Shown here: positions 27,863 to 38,033 of the stretch, one piece after another
Layout of the letters: each line of letters starts with the position of its first letter
How positions within the stretch are numbered: position 1 is the first letter of the stretch
DNA from: Candidatus Omnitrophota bacterium
GTDB taxonomy: Bacteria > Omnitrophota > Gorgyraeia > Zapsychrales > Fredricksoniimonadaceae
Length of the DNA: 64,000 nt
NCBI GenBank assembly: GCA_016201795.1
Contig: JACQCF010000024.1
Span: 2,115 to 66,114 of the forward strand
Direction of reading: 5' to 3'
Made by a program: the position numbers and the translations under genes
The notes under the pieces: generated by a model
Databases searched by the model: none
What the model saw: only the letters and a program-made list of their open reading frames with translations
What the model was told of the DNA's origin: nothing

Positions 27863-28132
27863 ATGGCTTCAAAAAAAGTTGCTAAAGTCGGTATCAAGAA
27901 GGCAAAAGGTTACCTGTACTTCTTGGACAAGCACGGGGATATCTCCTGTGCCAAAATGGCCCGCGGTGGCAGCAAAGGCGGTGCATCTAAGAAAGTCGCC
28001 AAGGTCGGTGTGAGAAGAGAAGAAGGTTATCTTTATTTCATCGATAAGCAAGGAGACGTTTCCTGTGCCAAAATGGTTCGCGGTGGGACACGCAAAAAGA
28101 AGTCCGCTAGAAGGACCAAGAGACGTAAATAA
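27863..28132 (+). CDS. small basic protein made of two ~35-aa tandem repeats plus a Lys/Arg tail, function unknown
   Basis: ASKKVAKVGIKKAKGYLYFLDKHGDISCAKMARGG / ASKKVAKVGVRREEGYLYFIDKQGDVSCAKMVRGG. SD aggggggtg lies upstream of ATG 27863. Confidence 0.55.
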   Translation: MASKKVAKVGIKKAKGYLYFLDKHGDISCAKMARGGSKGGASKKVAKVGVRREEGYLYFIDKQGDVSCAKMVRGGTRKKKSARRTKRRK

Positions 28133-28156
28133 TCTCGCTATGGCGTGATTATCCCA

Positions 28157-28196
28157 TAACCCCTGTACTTTTTTATGGTACAGGGGTTATTCTTTA
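28157..28196 (+). terminator. rho-independent terminator
   Basis: Perfect 12-bp stem taacccctgtac / gtacaggggtta with a T-rich loop and tail. Confidence 0.6.
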
Positions 28197-28212
28197 TATA
28201 GAATAGGCCTCT

Positions 28213-31011
28213 ATGAAATCCGAAGCTATCATCATCCGCGGAGCCAGGGAGCATAATCTTAAGAACATTGATTTGACGATCCCCCGCAATCAATTTGTGG
28301 TGGTCACGGGCTTAAGCGGTTCGGGGAAATCGTCGCTGGCGTTTGATACAATTTATGCGGAAGGCCAGCGCCGTTACGTGGAAAGCCTGTCCGCTTACGC
28401 CCGCCAGTTTTTGGATCAAATACAAAAGCCGCAAGTGGAGCATATCGATGGCCTTTCGCCGACGATTTCCATCGAACAGAAAACCGTCAGCCGCAATCCG
28501 CGCTCAACGGTGGCGACTCAAACGGAAATTTATGATTACCTGCGCCTTTTATTTGCCCGTATTGGCGAACCTTACTGTTATGTCTGTGGTAAAAAAATTG
28601 AACAGCAAAGCGCTCAGCAAATCGTCGAGCGAATTTTGGGTTTTTCACAAGGTGCGAAGATTAATATTTTAGCGCCTCTGATCCGCGGCCGCAAAGGGGA
28701 ATACCGCAACATCCACACTCAGGTGGTCAAAAGCGGTTTTGCCCGCCTTCGCGTCGACGGAAAAATTTACGACGTGCAGGACAAAATGAAGCTGGATAAA
28801 TACAAGGTGCATCACATTGAAGTGGTGGTGGACCGTTTAAGCATCCGGCCGGATATCCGCAAGCGCCTGTTTGATTCCGTCGAGACAGCCCTGAAAGTCG
28901 GCGAAGGTATGATGATCGTTGATTTTAACGCAACCAGGCCCGATCAGACTTTTAGCGAGCGTTACGCGTGTGTGGATTGCGGTACTTCTTTGAGCGAAAT
29001 CGAACCGCGCATTTTTTCTTTTAACTCACCCTATGGGGCTTGTCCGCAATGCAATGGTTTAGGAACGAAGATGGAAATCGATCCGGAGGTCTTGGTGCCG
29101 GATCCCGCCAAACCCTGGACCACGGCGATTGTTCCCTGGAAAAGAGGCCGGCACGGATACATGATGTATTACCGGGCTGTCCTGCGCGAGATCGCGCATA
29201 TTTATAAGGTCGATCCGCGGCTGCCTTTTAGCCAATTGGATAAAAAATTTAAACATATTATTTTGTATGGATCCGACGATGAGATTTGGAATCGACTTTT
29301 CGAGGGGGTGGTCAAATACCTGGAACGTTTGTTTCAAGAAACCGATAGCGATTGGCTAAAAGAAGAAATTTCTTCTCTGATGTCCGTTTCCGCCTGTCCG
29401 GCCTGTGAAGGTAAACGTCTCAAGAAAGAATCACTGGCGGTTAAAATTGCCGATTGCAATATCGCGGATGTCACAGCGCTTTCGATCACAGAGGCCAAAG
29501 AATTCTTTAATGGCCTTAAGCTTTCGAAAGGTCAACAAACCATCAGCTCCGAGATCCTTAAGGAAATCCGCCGCCGTTTGGATTTTTGTATCAATGTCGG
29601 TTTGGAATATTTAACTTTGGAGAGACGAAGCGCGACCCTCTCCGGCGGGGAGGCGGAGCGCATTCGCCTGGCCACTCAAGTCGGCTCAGGTCTGGTGGGG
29701 GTGATTTATGTGCTCGATGAACCCAGCATCGGCCTTCATCAAAAAGACAATGACCGGCTCCTGTCGACTTTGCACGCGCTGCGGGATTTAGGCAACACCT
29801 TGATCGTCGTTGAACATGATGAGGACACTATTCGCCGGGCGGATTATGTGATTGATTTAGGCCCTGGCGCCGGCGAGCACGGCGGCCACCTCATTTACGC
29901 AGGAGATGTTCAGGGTCTGATGGCCTGTCAGGATTCGCTGACAGGCAAATACCTTAACGGTTCTTTAAAGATTCACCCGCCGCAACAGCGCCGTGATATC
30001 GTTAATACTAAATTTTTGAAGATCATCGCGGCTAAAGAACATAATTTAAAAAATATTGATGTTGTCATTCCTCTAGGGACTTTTGTGTGCGTCACCGGCG
30101 TCTCCGGCTCCGGGAAATCGACGCTGGTGGAAGATGTTTTGCATAAGGCTTTAAGTCACAAATTACACGGGGTTAAACAAAAGGCGGGAACGTATAAAAA
30201 AATAGAAGGTTTGCAGTATATCGATAAAGTCATTGTGGTGGATCAGTCGCCCATCGGTCGCACGCCGCGGTCGAATCCAGCCACCTATACGGGGATGTTT
30301 TCCGATATCCGTGCGCTGTTTAGTCAATTGTCCGCATCCAAAATGCGCGGCTACAAACCCGGCCGTTTTAGTTTTAATGTCAAAGGCGGCCGTTGTGAAG
30401 CCTGCAGCGGCGACGGGATTAAAAAGATAGAAATGCATTTTTTGCCGGATGTGTACGTGCAATGCGAGGTCTGTCATGGCCGGCGGTTTACCGATCAGAC
30501 CCTAGAGGTGGAATTTAAAGGTAAAAATATTGCTGATGTGTTAAATTTATCGGTTGAAGAATCCATGATGATATTCGATAATATCCCGCGGATTAGAACG
30601 ATCCTGCAGACGCTCTATGACGTGGGTCTAGGTTATATACGTCTGGGACAGTCGGCCACCACCTTATCAGGGGGTGAAGCCCAGCGGGTGAAGTTAGCCA
30701 GCGAATTGTGTAAACCGGCCACCGGCAAAACTTTTTATATTCTTGATGAGCCCACGACCGGCCTGCATTTTGCCGATGTGGATAAATTGCTGAACGTCCT
30801 GCAAAGACTGGTGGACAGAGGCAATACGGTGCTTGTCATCGAACACAACTTGCATGTGATCCAAAACGCGGATTACCTGATTGATTTAGGGCCCGACGGC
30901 GGAGACAAAGGGGGCGAGGTTGTTTTTAGCGGTTCGGTACAGGAAATTATCCAACACCCTTCTTCGCATACAGGCAGATATTTAAAACCATTTTTAAAAT
31001 CACGGAATTGA
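28213..31011 (+). CDS. uvrA: excinuclease ABC subunit A
   Basis: 932 aa with two ABC modules, [12 protein letters not shown] and zinc fingers. Confidence 0.95.
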   Translation: MKSEAIIIRGAREHNLKNIDLTIPRNQFVVVTGLSGSGKSSLAFDTIYAEGQRRYVESLSAYARQFLDQIQKPQVEHIDGLSPTISIEQKTVSRNPRSTVATQTEIYDYLRLLFARIGEPYCYVCGKKIEQQSAQQIVERILGFSQGAKINILAPLIRGRKGEYRNIHTQVVKSGFARLRVDGKIYDVQDKMKLDKYKVHHIEVVVDRLSIRPDIRKRLFDSVETALKVGEGMMIVDFNATRPDQTFSERYACVDCGTSLSEIEPRIFSFNSPYGACPQCNGLGTKMEIDPEVLVPDPAKPWTTAIVPWKRGRHGYMMYYRAVLREIAHIYKVDPRLPFSQLDKKFKHIILYGSDDEIWNRLFEGVVKYLERLFQETDSDWLKEEISSLMSVSACPACEGKRLKKESLAVKIADCNIADVTALSITEAKEFFNGLKLSKGQQTISSEILKEIRRRLDFCINVGLEYLTLERRSATLSGGEAERIRLATQVGSGLVGVIYVLDEPSIGLHQKDNDRLLSTLHALRDLGNTLIVVEHDEDTIRRADYVIDLGPGAGEHGGHLIYAGDVQGLMACQDSLTGKYLNGSLKIHPPQQRRDIVNTKFLKIIAAKEHNLKNIDVVIPLGTFVCVTGVSGSGKSTLVEDVLHKALSHKLHGVKQKAGTYKKIEGLQYIDKVIVVDQSPIGRTPRSNPATYTGMFSDIRALFSQLSASKMRGYKPGRFSFNVKGGRCEACSGDGIKKIEMHFLPDVYVQCEVCHGRRFTDQTLEVEFKGKNIADVLNLSVEESMMIFDNIPRIRTILQTLYDVGLGYIRLGQSATTLSGGEAQRVKLASELCKPATGKTFYILDEPTTGLHFADVDKLLNVLQRLVDRGNTVLVIEHNLHVIQNADYLIDLGPDGGDKGGEVVFSGSVQEIIQHPSSHTGRYLKPFLKSRN

Positions 31012-31014
31012 TTT

Positions 31015-33471
31015 ATGCGAAAGCTGATATTGATTCTTTTATGTTTATGGGCGGGAGGATTTTTTTCACCAGCGCAGATGGCTTATGCCCAGAATCAGCA
31101 GGAGGAATTATATTCAACGGCCCTGCGCGCCTTCGACGACGGTTTTCACGATGTGGCCATTCGCTATTTAGAGCAGTTTTTACAAGACTTTCCGCAGGAC
31201 CCCAAAGTCAACCAGGTCAAATTTCTTTTGGGGCAATGTTATTTTTTCAAGAATCAATTACCCAAAGCACTAGATTTATTCAACAGCCTCAGTGACACTT
31301 ATGACAATAAAGAACTGCTACTATTTTGGCTGGGGGAAGTGTATTTAAAAATTCCCGATTATGCGCATGCGCAAAAGGAATATCGAGAACTTATTCATAC
31401 CTATCCAGACTCCGTTTATATTCCACAGGCCATTTATTCTCTGGGCTGGTCCTATTTCGACCAGAAAAAATATACCCAGGCTAAAGATATTTTTGATCAA
31501 TTGGTGGCTCAATTTCCCAAACATCAACTGAGCGAAGATGCTTTACTTAAAAGCGGTCAGTGTCTTTATGACGCGGGAGATTATCGAGGAGCTTTGACGA
31601 GATTTATGAAATATCTCACGCGCTATCCTCAATCGTCTCATCAATGGGAAGTGTATTTGAATATAGCCGATGCGTATTACTATATGGAAGATTATACCAA
31701 CTCAAAAGATTTTTATCATAAATCCCTTAAAGCCCCCGATCCCAAACTGGTTTTCACCGCTTATATTGGTAAAATATGGAGCTCTTTAAAGGCAAAAGAT
31801 TTTAATAGCGCTGAGAAAACATTGAAAGAAGCGCAGGATTTTAGCAAAGACAAAAATTTGGTCGATGATGACCTGCTATTAGTGAAAGCCAATGTGTTTA
31901 TCGAAAAAGGAGATTTGCAGACGGCGGTAGGGGTTTATGATGAGCTGATTAAGAATTTTCCGCAAGGGCAGCATTATTCGGAGGCTCATTTAGGACGGGC
32001 CAATGCTTATTTTATTTTAAAAAAATTTGATGAGGCATTGGGAGATTATCGTTTTGTGGTTGATCGTGGCGGTCAGGAGGAGCTGTTATTAAAGGCCAAT
32101 TTGGGGATGGCCTGGACCTATGTAAAATTAAATAATCTGGCCCAAGCCCAGGCGCGTTTTCAAAGTATTGTTGAGCATACCGACAAAGCGGAAGTGAAGG
32201 TCAATGCTCTAGTACAGATGGCCGATGCCTTAGCCGATGCCGACAAGATGGAGGAGGCCGTTCGCCTTTACGATGACGTTATTAAAAATTATCCCGATAA
32301 TACCATAGCCGATTATGTGCAGCACCGTCAGGCTATCGCGCTTTTGAAGATGGGCAATATTCAAGCGGCGGTGGTGGCTTTTGAAAACCTTCAGGCCAGT
32401 TTCCCTCAAAGCCATTATTTAGACGACGTGAATTATTATTTGGGACTAGCCGCTTTTAAGAAGGGTAATTGGAAAACCGCCTCTGGGCGGATGGAAGAGT
32501 TCTTAAAAAGTCTTTCTCATCCTAGCGGTTTTACCCCTGAGGCCAATTATATTCTGGCGTTGTCTTACCTGAATTTGAAACAGTCGGAGGAGGCTTTAAA
32601 AATATTTCAGAAAATTTTGCGGCTTTATCCCGATGATGTAGCGGTGGCCAAAAATTCCGATATCGGGATTGCCAAATGTCAGTATGAGTTAGGCCAGATC
32701 AAGGAAGCGGTCAAACGATTCAGATTGATTATTTACAAATATCCTAAAACGGAAGCGGAATTTGAATCTTTATTGTGGCTGGCCCAGTATTATTTGAAGG
32801 ATTCGGACTACACGCAGGCGGGAGATTTTTATCAGCAGATTTTGGATCGTTTTGCGGATCACATAGGGATTGATCAAATTCATTATGAAATGGGCCAGGT
32901 TTATGAAATTCAGGGAATGTATGATCAGGCCCTGGTTCAATACCAACAAATTTCCCGGCAAGATACCACTCTTTACTCAAAAGTGAAGTTAGCCATTGCC
33001 GGTATATTTGTCAAAGAATTTGATATTCACAAGGCGGTGAAGGCTTATGAAAATATTGCGGCCACATCGCCGGAGTTAGCCCGTGAATCTTATTTGAAAA
33101 TGGCTCAACTCTACCGCAACAATCAAACCTATGACAAAGAGATGGAATGCTATCAAAAGGCTTTAAGCCTCCCAGAAAGGGGGCAGGTCAGTAATGTGGA
33201 ACTCTTGTTTGATATTGCTGATACGTATGAAGTCATGGGACGCTTGGATGAGGCGGTAGGCGACTATTTAAAAATACCGGGGCAGTATTCTAACCAGTTA
33301 AGCTGGGTGGCCAAGGCTTATCTTCGGGTGGCGAAAATTTTTGAAGATCGCCAAGATTGGGCCGGCGCCGCTGTGACGTATCAAAAGATCATTCAATTAA
33401 ATACGGAGGAATCTAAATTCGCCCAGGAACGTTTGGATTGGGTTAACTCTAACACAGGAGCCAAAAAATGA
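31015..33471 (+). CDS. periplasmic TPR-repeat protein with signal peptide
   Basis: MRKLILILLCLWAGGFFSPAQMAYAQ signal peptide. Repeated Y/A/L-rich 34-aa units throughout. Confidence 0.7.
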   Translation: MRKLILILLCLWAGGFFSPAQMAYAQNQQEELYSTALRAFDDGFHDVAIRYLEQFLQDFPQDPKVNQVKFLLGQCYFFKNQLPKALDLFNSLSDTYDNKELLLFWLGEVYLKIPDYAHAQKEYRELIHTYPDSVYIPQAIYSLGWSYFDQKKYTQAKDIFDQLVAQFPKHQLSEDALLKSGQCLYDAGDYRGALTRFMKYLTRYPQSSHQWEVYLNIADAYYYMEDYTNSKDFYHKSLKAPDPKLVFTAYIGKIWSSLKAKDFNSAEKTLKEAQDFSKDKNLVDDDLLLVKANVFIEKGDLQTAVGVYDELIKNFPQGQHYSEAHLGRANAYFILKKFDEALGDYRFVVDRGGQEELLLKANLGMAWTYVKLNNLAQAQARFQSIVEHTDKAEVKVNALVQMADALADADKMEEAVRLYDDVIKNYPDNTIADYVQHRQAIALLKMGNIQAAVVAFENLQASFPQSHYLDDVNYYLGLAAFKKGNWKTASGRMEEFLKSLSHPSGFTPEANYILALSYLNLKQSEEALKIFQKILRLYPDDVAVAKNSDIGIAKCQYELGQIKEAVKRFRLIIYKYPKTEAEFESLLWLAQYYLKDSDYTQAGDFYQQILDRFADHIGIDQIHYEMGQVYEIQGMYDQALVQYQQISRQDTTLYSKVKLAIAGIFVKEFDIHKAVKAYENIAATSPELARESYLKMAQLYRNNQTYDKEMECYQKALSLPERGQVSNVELLFDIADTYEVMGRLDEAVGDYLKIPGQYSNQLSWVAKAYLRVAKIFEDRQDWAGAAVTYQKIIQLNTEESKFAQERLDWVNSNTGAKK

Positions 33472-34151
33472 TTGTGGTTGTCTTTAATCTATGGCAGTTG
33501 ATTCTTAAAGGTGGCCCGATGATGTGGCCGATTATTCTTTTATCGCTGGTGGCGCTGGCGGTAGGGATGGAGAGGATAGCCTATTTATCATCGATGGAGA
33601 AAATCGTCAGAGCCCACAAGGCCCATCTGTTGCGTTCCCTACAGCAAGGTCATATTCAACAGACATTGAGTTTGTGTGAATCCACCAACAGTCCTTTTAG
33701 CCGCATTTTCAAAGCGGCGCTTCTTAAATTCGGCACCTCGGCTCAGGTCATTACGACAGCCATGGAAGAAGTTTTTATTTATGAGACTCATAGACTCAAA
33801 GAGCGTATGAGTATTTTATCTTTTGCCATCAACGCCTCGGTGTTGATGGGTTTATTAGGGACGGCAGTAGGCTTGACGGTGGTGTTTCACGCCGTGCAGG
33901 TGCGCTCGAATGTGCTCAATCCTTTAAGTGTGGGGGACATGGCTCAGGGGATATGGCAGGCGCTGTTTTCGACCATCGCGGGATTGATGGTTTGTATTTT
34001 TACTTTTACGGTTTATAGTTTTTGCATTTCAAGAATCAATAATATCATGGCTGATCTGGAACTTGCCATGGCCCAGAGCGCCCATATGTTGGTCCAGTTG
34101 GCCGAATTAAATGAAAGGGTTGAGCAACGCGGTGAGGGAGGATCTACCTAA
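33468..34151 (+). CDS. exbB: MotA/TolQ/ExbB proton-channel protein
   Basis: KGGPMMWPIILLSLVALAVGMER N-terminus and three TM helices. Confidence 0.75.
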   Translation: MIVVVFNLWQLILKGGPMMWPIILLSLVALAVGMERIAYLSSMEKIVRAHKAHLLRSLQQGHIQQTLSLCESTNSPFSRIFKAALLKFGTSAQVITTAMEEVFIYETHRLKERMSILSFAINASVLMGLLGTAVGLTVVFHAVQVRSNVLNPLSVGDMAQGIWQALFSTIAGLMVCIFTFTVYSFCISRINNIMADLELAMAQSAHMLVQLAELNERVEQRGEGGST

Positions 34152-34154
34152 GTT

Positions 34155-34559
34155 ATGAAAACCAATAATTTGACCCCAGCTTTTGTGCCTTTGCATCCGG
34201 TTTTAGCGGTGGCCGCGATGAATTTATTTTTGTTATTTTTGTTAGTTTTGATTTTTTTCTCGTCGCTGGCTAAACCGTCTGGTTTTGAAATTCGTATGCC
34301 GCGTGCGGTTGTCAGCGAAGGTTTGCAGGGGGCTCAAACGATTACCATCACTGCTGAAAACGTGTTGTATCTAAACGGCAAGGTCATCATTCTTAATGAG
34401 CTCAAGAGAGATTTAGCCAAGGTTAATTTTAAAGATCAGAATATTTTTATTCGTGCTGACCGGCGATCATCGATGGGCAGAGTCATGGATGTGTGGGATT
34501 TATGCCGGGCTTTGGGCGGCAGCCGCGTTCATATTTTGGCCTCCGAAGAAGAAAAGTGA
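34155..34559 (+). CDS. exbD: ExbD/TolR biopolymer transport protein
   Basis: Single N-terminal TM then ITITAENVLYLNGKVI...IFIRADRRSSMGRVMDV. Confidence 0.7.
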   Translation: MKTNNLTPAFVPLHPVLAVAAMNLFLLFLLVLIFFSSLAKPSGFEIRMPRAVVSEGLQGAQTITITAENVLYLNGKVIILNELKRDLAKVNFKDQNIFIRADRRSSMGRVMDVWDLCRALGGSRVHILASEEEK

Positions 34560-34813
34560 TGCGTTATTTTTTTATTTCTATTTTAACCCATATTCTTGTG
34601 ATTAGTTCTTTTTGGGTAGGGCTTTCTGTGCCGGTGGGGCGGGATCAGAATTCGTTTACTTATCTGGGAACATTGCTGAGCCCCGAGCAAACCAAGAGCG
34701 ATGCTCTCCAGCGTCAGCAGGTCAAGGGCTTCGAGGCCGTGGGATTTGAAGAATCCGAGTCAGCTTTCTTTACGCCATGGCTGAAGATGCGTCAGATGGA
34801 TAAACCGCGGTAA
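34559..34813 (+). CDS. small membrane-anchored protein (~85 aa), unknown
   Basis: ATG overlaps the exbD stop (TGATG). One N-terminal TM helix. Too short for a canonical TonB. Confidence 0.35.
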   Translation: MRYFFISILTHILVISSFWVGLSVPVGRDQNSFTYLGTLLSPEQTKSDALQRQQVKGFEAVGFEESESAFFTPWLKMRQMDKPR

Positions 34814-34866
34814 ATGAGGGGTCATTTATCTTTATCTGGGATTTTAATGCCATTTTTGCCGTTGCT

Positions 34867-35052
34867 TTGATTTTTGGGGTGGGTCTTGTTTTGACCCTAT
34901 GGATCATCTATACTTTAAATAGGGACCGGCAGCAAAAGCAGGAAACGATTATCGAGTATTTCCGGCATTGTCTCTATTGCGGATATGTGTATTTGGATTA
35001 TTTTCGAAACAACCCCTGCCGGTGCCCGCGGTGTTTAAGTTATCATGACTAA
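34867..35052 (+). CDS. small membrane protein with C-terminal zinc ribbon
   Basis: TM helix then HCLYCGY...CRCPRC. Confidence 0.3.
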   Translation: MIFGVGLVLTLWIIYTLNRDRQQKQETIIEYFRHCLYCGYVYLDYFRNNPCRCPRCLSYHD

Positions 35053-35061
35053 AGGACTTTT

Positions 35062-35379
35062 ATGTGGCCTCAATTACGTAAAACGGCCCAAGAATCAGGT
35101 ATTGTGATGGTGATTGTTTTGCTCATCGTCATGGTGATGATGATTTTTGCTGTGACCATTCTCTCCCAAAGTATGAGCCAGAGCAAAACTAGCCGTTCTG
35201 CGGTGGATCAAATTGTGGGGGACCAATTGGCCAAGGGTCTCTTCTGGAATTCTTATGCTAGTGGATCATGCTTTGGTAGCTTGACCGTACCTTTAAACAG
35301 TCGTACTTACACTGCAACGATTACCAACGTATTAATTTCCCCCAACATCAGCAACTGTACCATTAACATTAGCTATTAA
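35062..35379 (+). CDS. PilX-N-like minor pilin/pilus assembly protein
   Basis: ESGIVMVIVLLIVMVMMIFAVTILSQS resembles a PilX N-terminal hydrophobic segment. Confidence 0.35.
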   Translation: MWPQLRKTAQESGIVMVIVLLIVMVMMIFAVTILSQSMSQSKTSRSAVDQIVGDQLAKGLFWNSYASGSCFGSLTVPLNSRTYTATITNVLISPNISNCTINISY

Positions 35380-35470
35380 GTTTTTTTATATTATATTGAC
35401 AACACCTGTCGACTATAGTCTAATAAAATTTAATCTTAATAAAAAAATTCTTAATAGCTAAAAGAAACCC

Positions 35471-36970
35471 ATGTCTCATTCTTCAAGAATAGGTATTTTT
35501 CTGAGCGATGACAAAGTGGTGGTGGTGGAGTCGGATCGCAACAAGCCGCAGAAAATTATCTCTGCCCCTCTAGCTTCATCAACAGAATCGCCTTTTCGTT
35601 CTGATATTACCGATGAAATTCAGACAGTCGCCTTGCTACAAAAACTGTTCAGGGAGAATAAAATCAGCCTTGGCCCTGCCTGCGTTTCTATTCCCCTCAA
35701 AGAAGTGATTTTGCGTTCCTTCGTGATTCCCTGGATGCCAGCGTATGAATTAAATAACGGGGTGTATTATGAAGCCAAAAAATATGTGCCGTTTGATCTT
35801 AAGGATGTAGATTTTGTTTATCAGCCTGTGGCGTTTGCAGAAAATAAACAAAGACGTTGGCGGATTATTTTATATGCCGTACGCAAACAAACAGTGGAAA
35901 AATACGACCGTATTTTAAAACAGATTGGCTGTAAACCGTTTGTTTATGAACCATCACCGGTGAGTTTGATCAAAGAGCTAATCGCCAGAAATGATTTGAA
36001 GCCGGATCAGAACATAGCGGTTGTTTATGTACAGCAGCGTCACGGCCAGATTATTTTCTATGAGAAAGGCAGTTCTTATTTTGTGCGTGAATTTTTTTTA
36101 CCTGTACCTGAAGGTAATGACCCGCAGGCCGCGGTTCACTCGATGCGTACGAGCCTTTTCAGTGAGATAAAAAAATCGTTTCAATATTATAACCGACAAT
36201 TTTCGCAGCAGAAGATAGAGGAAGCTCTGGTGCTTTCAGACGCTGCGGATGAAAAATTGGGGGGAATTTTAATGGAAGAATTATCCGTTAAAGCCAGAAC
36301 GGTTGATTCTTCCGTGGTTGCAGGCCAACAGACGTTGAGGGGATTGGAGATCATGTGTGCTTGCGGTGTCTGTCTGACCAATGTTCCATCAGCGCTTACT
36401 TCGTTTAATTTTTTACAGAAAAAAGGAATTTCTCAGTCCTCAACGGCGGTTCTCTCGTGGGATCTCAAGGAACTATGGCCAGCCCTGCACACGGCCGTCA
36501 TTGGCGTGCTGGTGTTAGCAGGCGCTTTTGTTTTTGGTCAGCTGAAACTGCGGGATATACACCAACAGCTCGATCGTGTGGTGTTGCGGCAGGGGTCTTT
36601 TGCCAACACACCGCTGGAAGATATCCAAACCAGGATTAAAGCCAATAAGGATGACTTAAACGGATATAAAAATATACCGCTTCATACCCATATGGCATCG
36701 CTGTTGGTGAAAGTGACCAAAGCATTACCGGACGGTGTTTGGTTAAAAGAGCTGAATATTCATTACGGTCAAAGCGATCGGGTTGTTCTGAGCTTGGACG
36801 GCTATGTCTATTCCGCAGATACTGAGGCGCAATTTAAGATCGTCAATGAGCTGTTGTCGAATTTGAAGGCACAGAAATCTTTTTCGTCACAAGACTTACA
36901 AGTGACGACGATGCAAAGGCAAAAATTGCATAATCGGCAGGTCGTTTATTTTCAAATCAAAACTTCTTAA
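35471..36970 (+). CDS. pilM: type IV pilus PilM-PilN fusion protein
   Basis: ~330-aa actin-like PilM region, then a TM helix (ALHTAVIGVLVLAGAFVF) and a PilN-like periplasmic region. Confidence 0.7.
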   Translation: MSHSSRIGIFLSDDKVVVVESDRNKPQKIISAPLASSTESPFRSDITDEIQTVALLQKLFRENKISLGPACVSIPLKEVILRSFVIPWMPAYELNNGVYYEAKKYVPFDLKDVDFVYQPVAFAENKQRRWRIILYAVRKQTVEKYDRILKQIGCKPFVYEPSPVSLIKELIARNDLKPDQNIAVVYVQQRHGQIIFYEKGSSYFVREFFLPVPEGNDPQAAVHSMRTSLFSEIKKSFQYYNRQFSQQKIEEALVLSDAADEKLGGILMEELSVKARTVDSSVVAGQQTLRGLEIMCACGVCLTNVPSALTSFNFLQKKGISQSSTAVLSWDLKELWPALHTAVIGVLVLAGAFVFGQLKLRDIHQQLDRVVLRQGSFANTPLEDIQTRIKANKDDLNGYKNIPLHTHMASLLVKVTKALPDGVWLKELNIHYGQSDRVVLSLDGYVYSADTEAQFKIVNELLSNLKAQKSFSSQDLQVTTMQRQKLHNRQVVYFQIKTS

Positions 36971-36973
36971 AAT

Positions 36974-37543
36974 ATGCCTGATTTATCTCATTTTAAGTTT
37001 GATATCCAACAGATGGACTTGAATAAAGTCTTTGAGAAACTTTTCGAGAAGAAAAGTCTTCTGGCGGCGGTTGCGGTATTGGTGTTGGTATCGGTCGTGG
37101 CCATGGCATTATTAAAGGACTATTCCTCTAAGGCGGCTAATTATCAAAATCAGATGCAGCAAATGCACCAAAAAATAGATATGATTGCCCGGCATGAGGA
37201 GTCTCTTAAACAGTTGAATCAATTGACCTCTTCCTTGCCTAAACCGATGAGCACACAGAAGCTCATCAATCAATTAACGGATTACGCAACTCAAAATCAG
37301 GTGGATATTCTTGACATCACACCCAAAGAGACCAAGAGGGAGAATCTTTATACGATCACCGTTGTGCATTCGAGCGTTAATGCCAGCAGTTTCAAGAATT
37401 TACTTCTTTTTCTGCGCGCGGTGGAAACTTCGCCTTACGCGCTCAGAGTAGAATCCTGGTCGGGAAAATCGCAGGAGAGCGATTTGGGTACAGGCGCTGT
37501 TAGCTGTGAAATAGATATTGCCTCTATTGAGATTAAAACATGA
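36974..37543 (+). CDS. pilO: type IV pilus assembly protein PilO
   Basis: N-terminal TM helix plus coiled coil. Position after pilMN. Confidence 0.6.
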   Translation: MPDLSHFKFDIQQMDLNKVFEKLFEKKSLLAAVAVLVLVSVVAMALLKDYSSKAANYQNQMQQMHQKIDMIARHEESLKQLNQLTSSLPKPMSTQKLINQLTDYATQNQVDILDITPKETKRENLYTITVVHSSVNASSFKNLLLFLRAVETSPYALRVESWSGKSQESDLGTGAVSCEIDIASIEIKT

Positions 37544-38001
37544 TACCTTGGCTGGTGATGATGTTAGCAGTCGGATATTTAATGTCTTCATCCGTTTTAG
37601 CAGATCAGGCAGAGAAGAATGCCTCTGGTGAGACGGCCGAGGCAGAGGATGCCTCGCTGATTGAATCTTTAGCGAATTCTAAAAGTCCTTTTGTATCCCT
37701 TGTACCTAAAATAGAGCCTGTGACCCAAGCTCCGGTACCGGTTCCCATTCCATCGAAGCCCCAGCCGTTGTTGGTGGCCCCTGCGATGCCGACTTTGTCT
37801 TCGGAGGACCAGGAGAAAACATTTTCGAATTTAAAAGTTAACGGTATCGTTTGGGGCGGTGAGAGACCGCAGGCGATTATCAATGATCAAGTGGTTAGTC
37901 TCGGTGAGACCGTTCAAGAAGCGAAAGTGGTAGCGATTAGTGAACAGGGCGTGGGCTTGCAGTATAAAGGTAGAAAAATTACTTTAACTGTAGATCGCTA
38001 A
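37540..38001 (+). CDS. pilP: PilP-like periplasmic protein
   Basis: Signal/anchor, Pro-rich linker, C-terminal beta domain. Sits between pilO and pilQ. Confidence 0.5.
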   Translation: MIPWLVMMLAVGYLMSSSVLADQAEKNASGETAEAEDASLIESLANSKSPFVSLVPKIEPVTQAPVPVPIPSKPQPLLVAPAMPTLSSEDQEKTFSNLKVNGIVWGGERPQAIINDQVVSLGETVQEAKVVAISEQGVGLQYKGRKITLTVDR

Positions 38002-38033
38002 AATATGAGTTATCATTTTAACGGGAGAAGATT

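Noticed and set aside
31008-31295. 95-aa ORF overlapping the start of the TPR gene
   Set aside because: An alternative frame within the well-supported 818-aa TPR protein. No independent signals.
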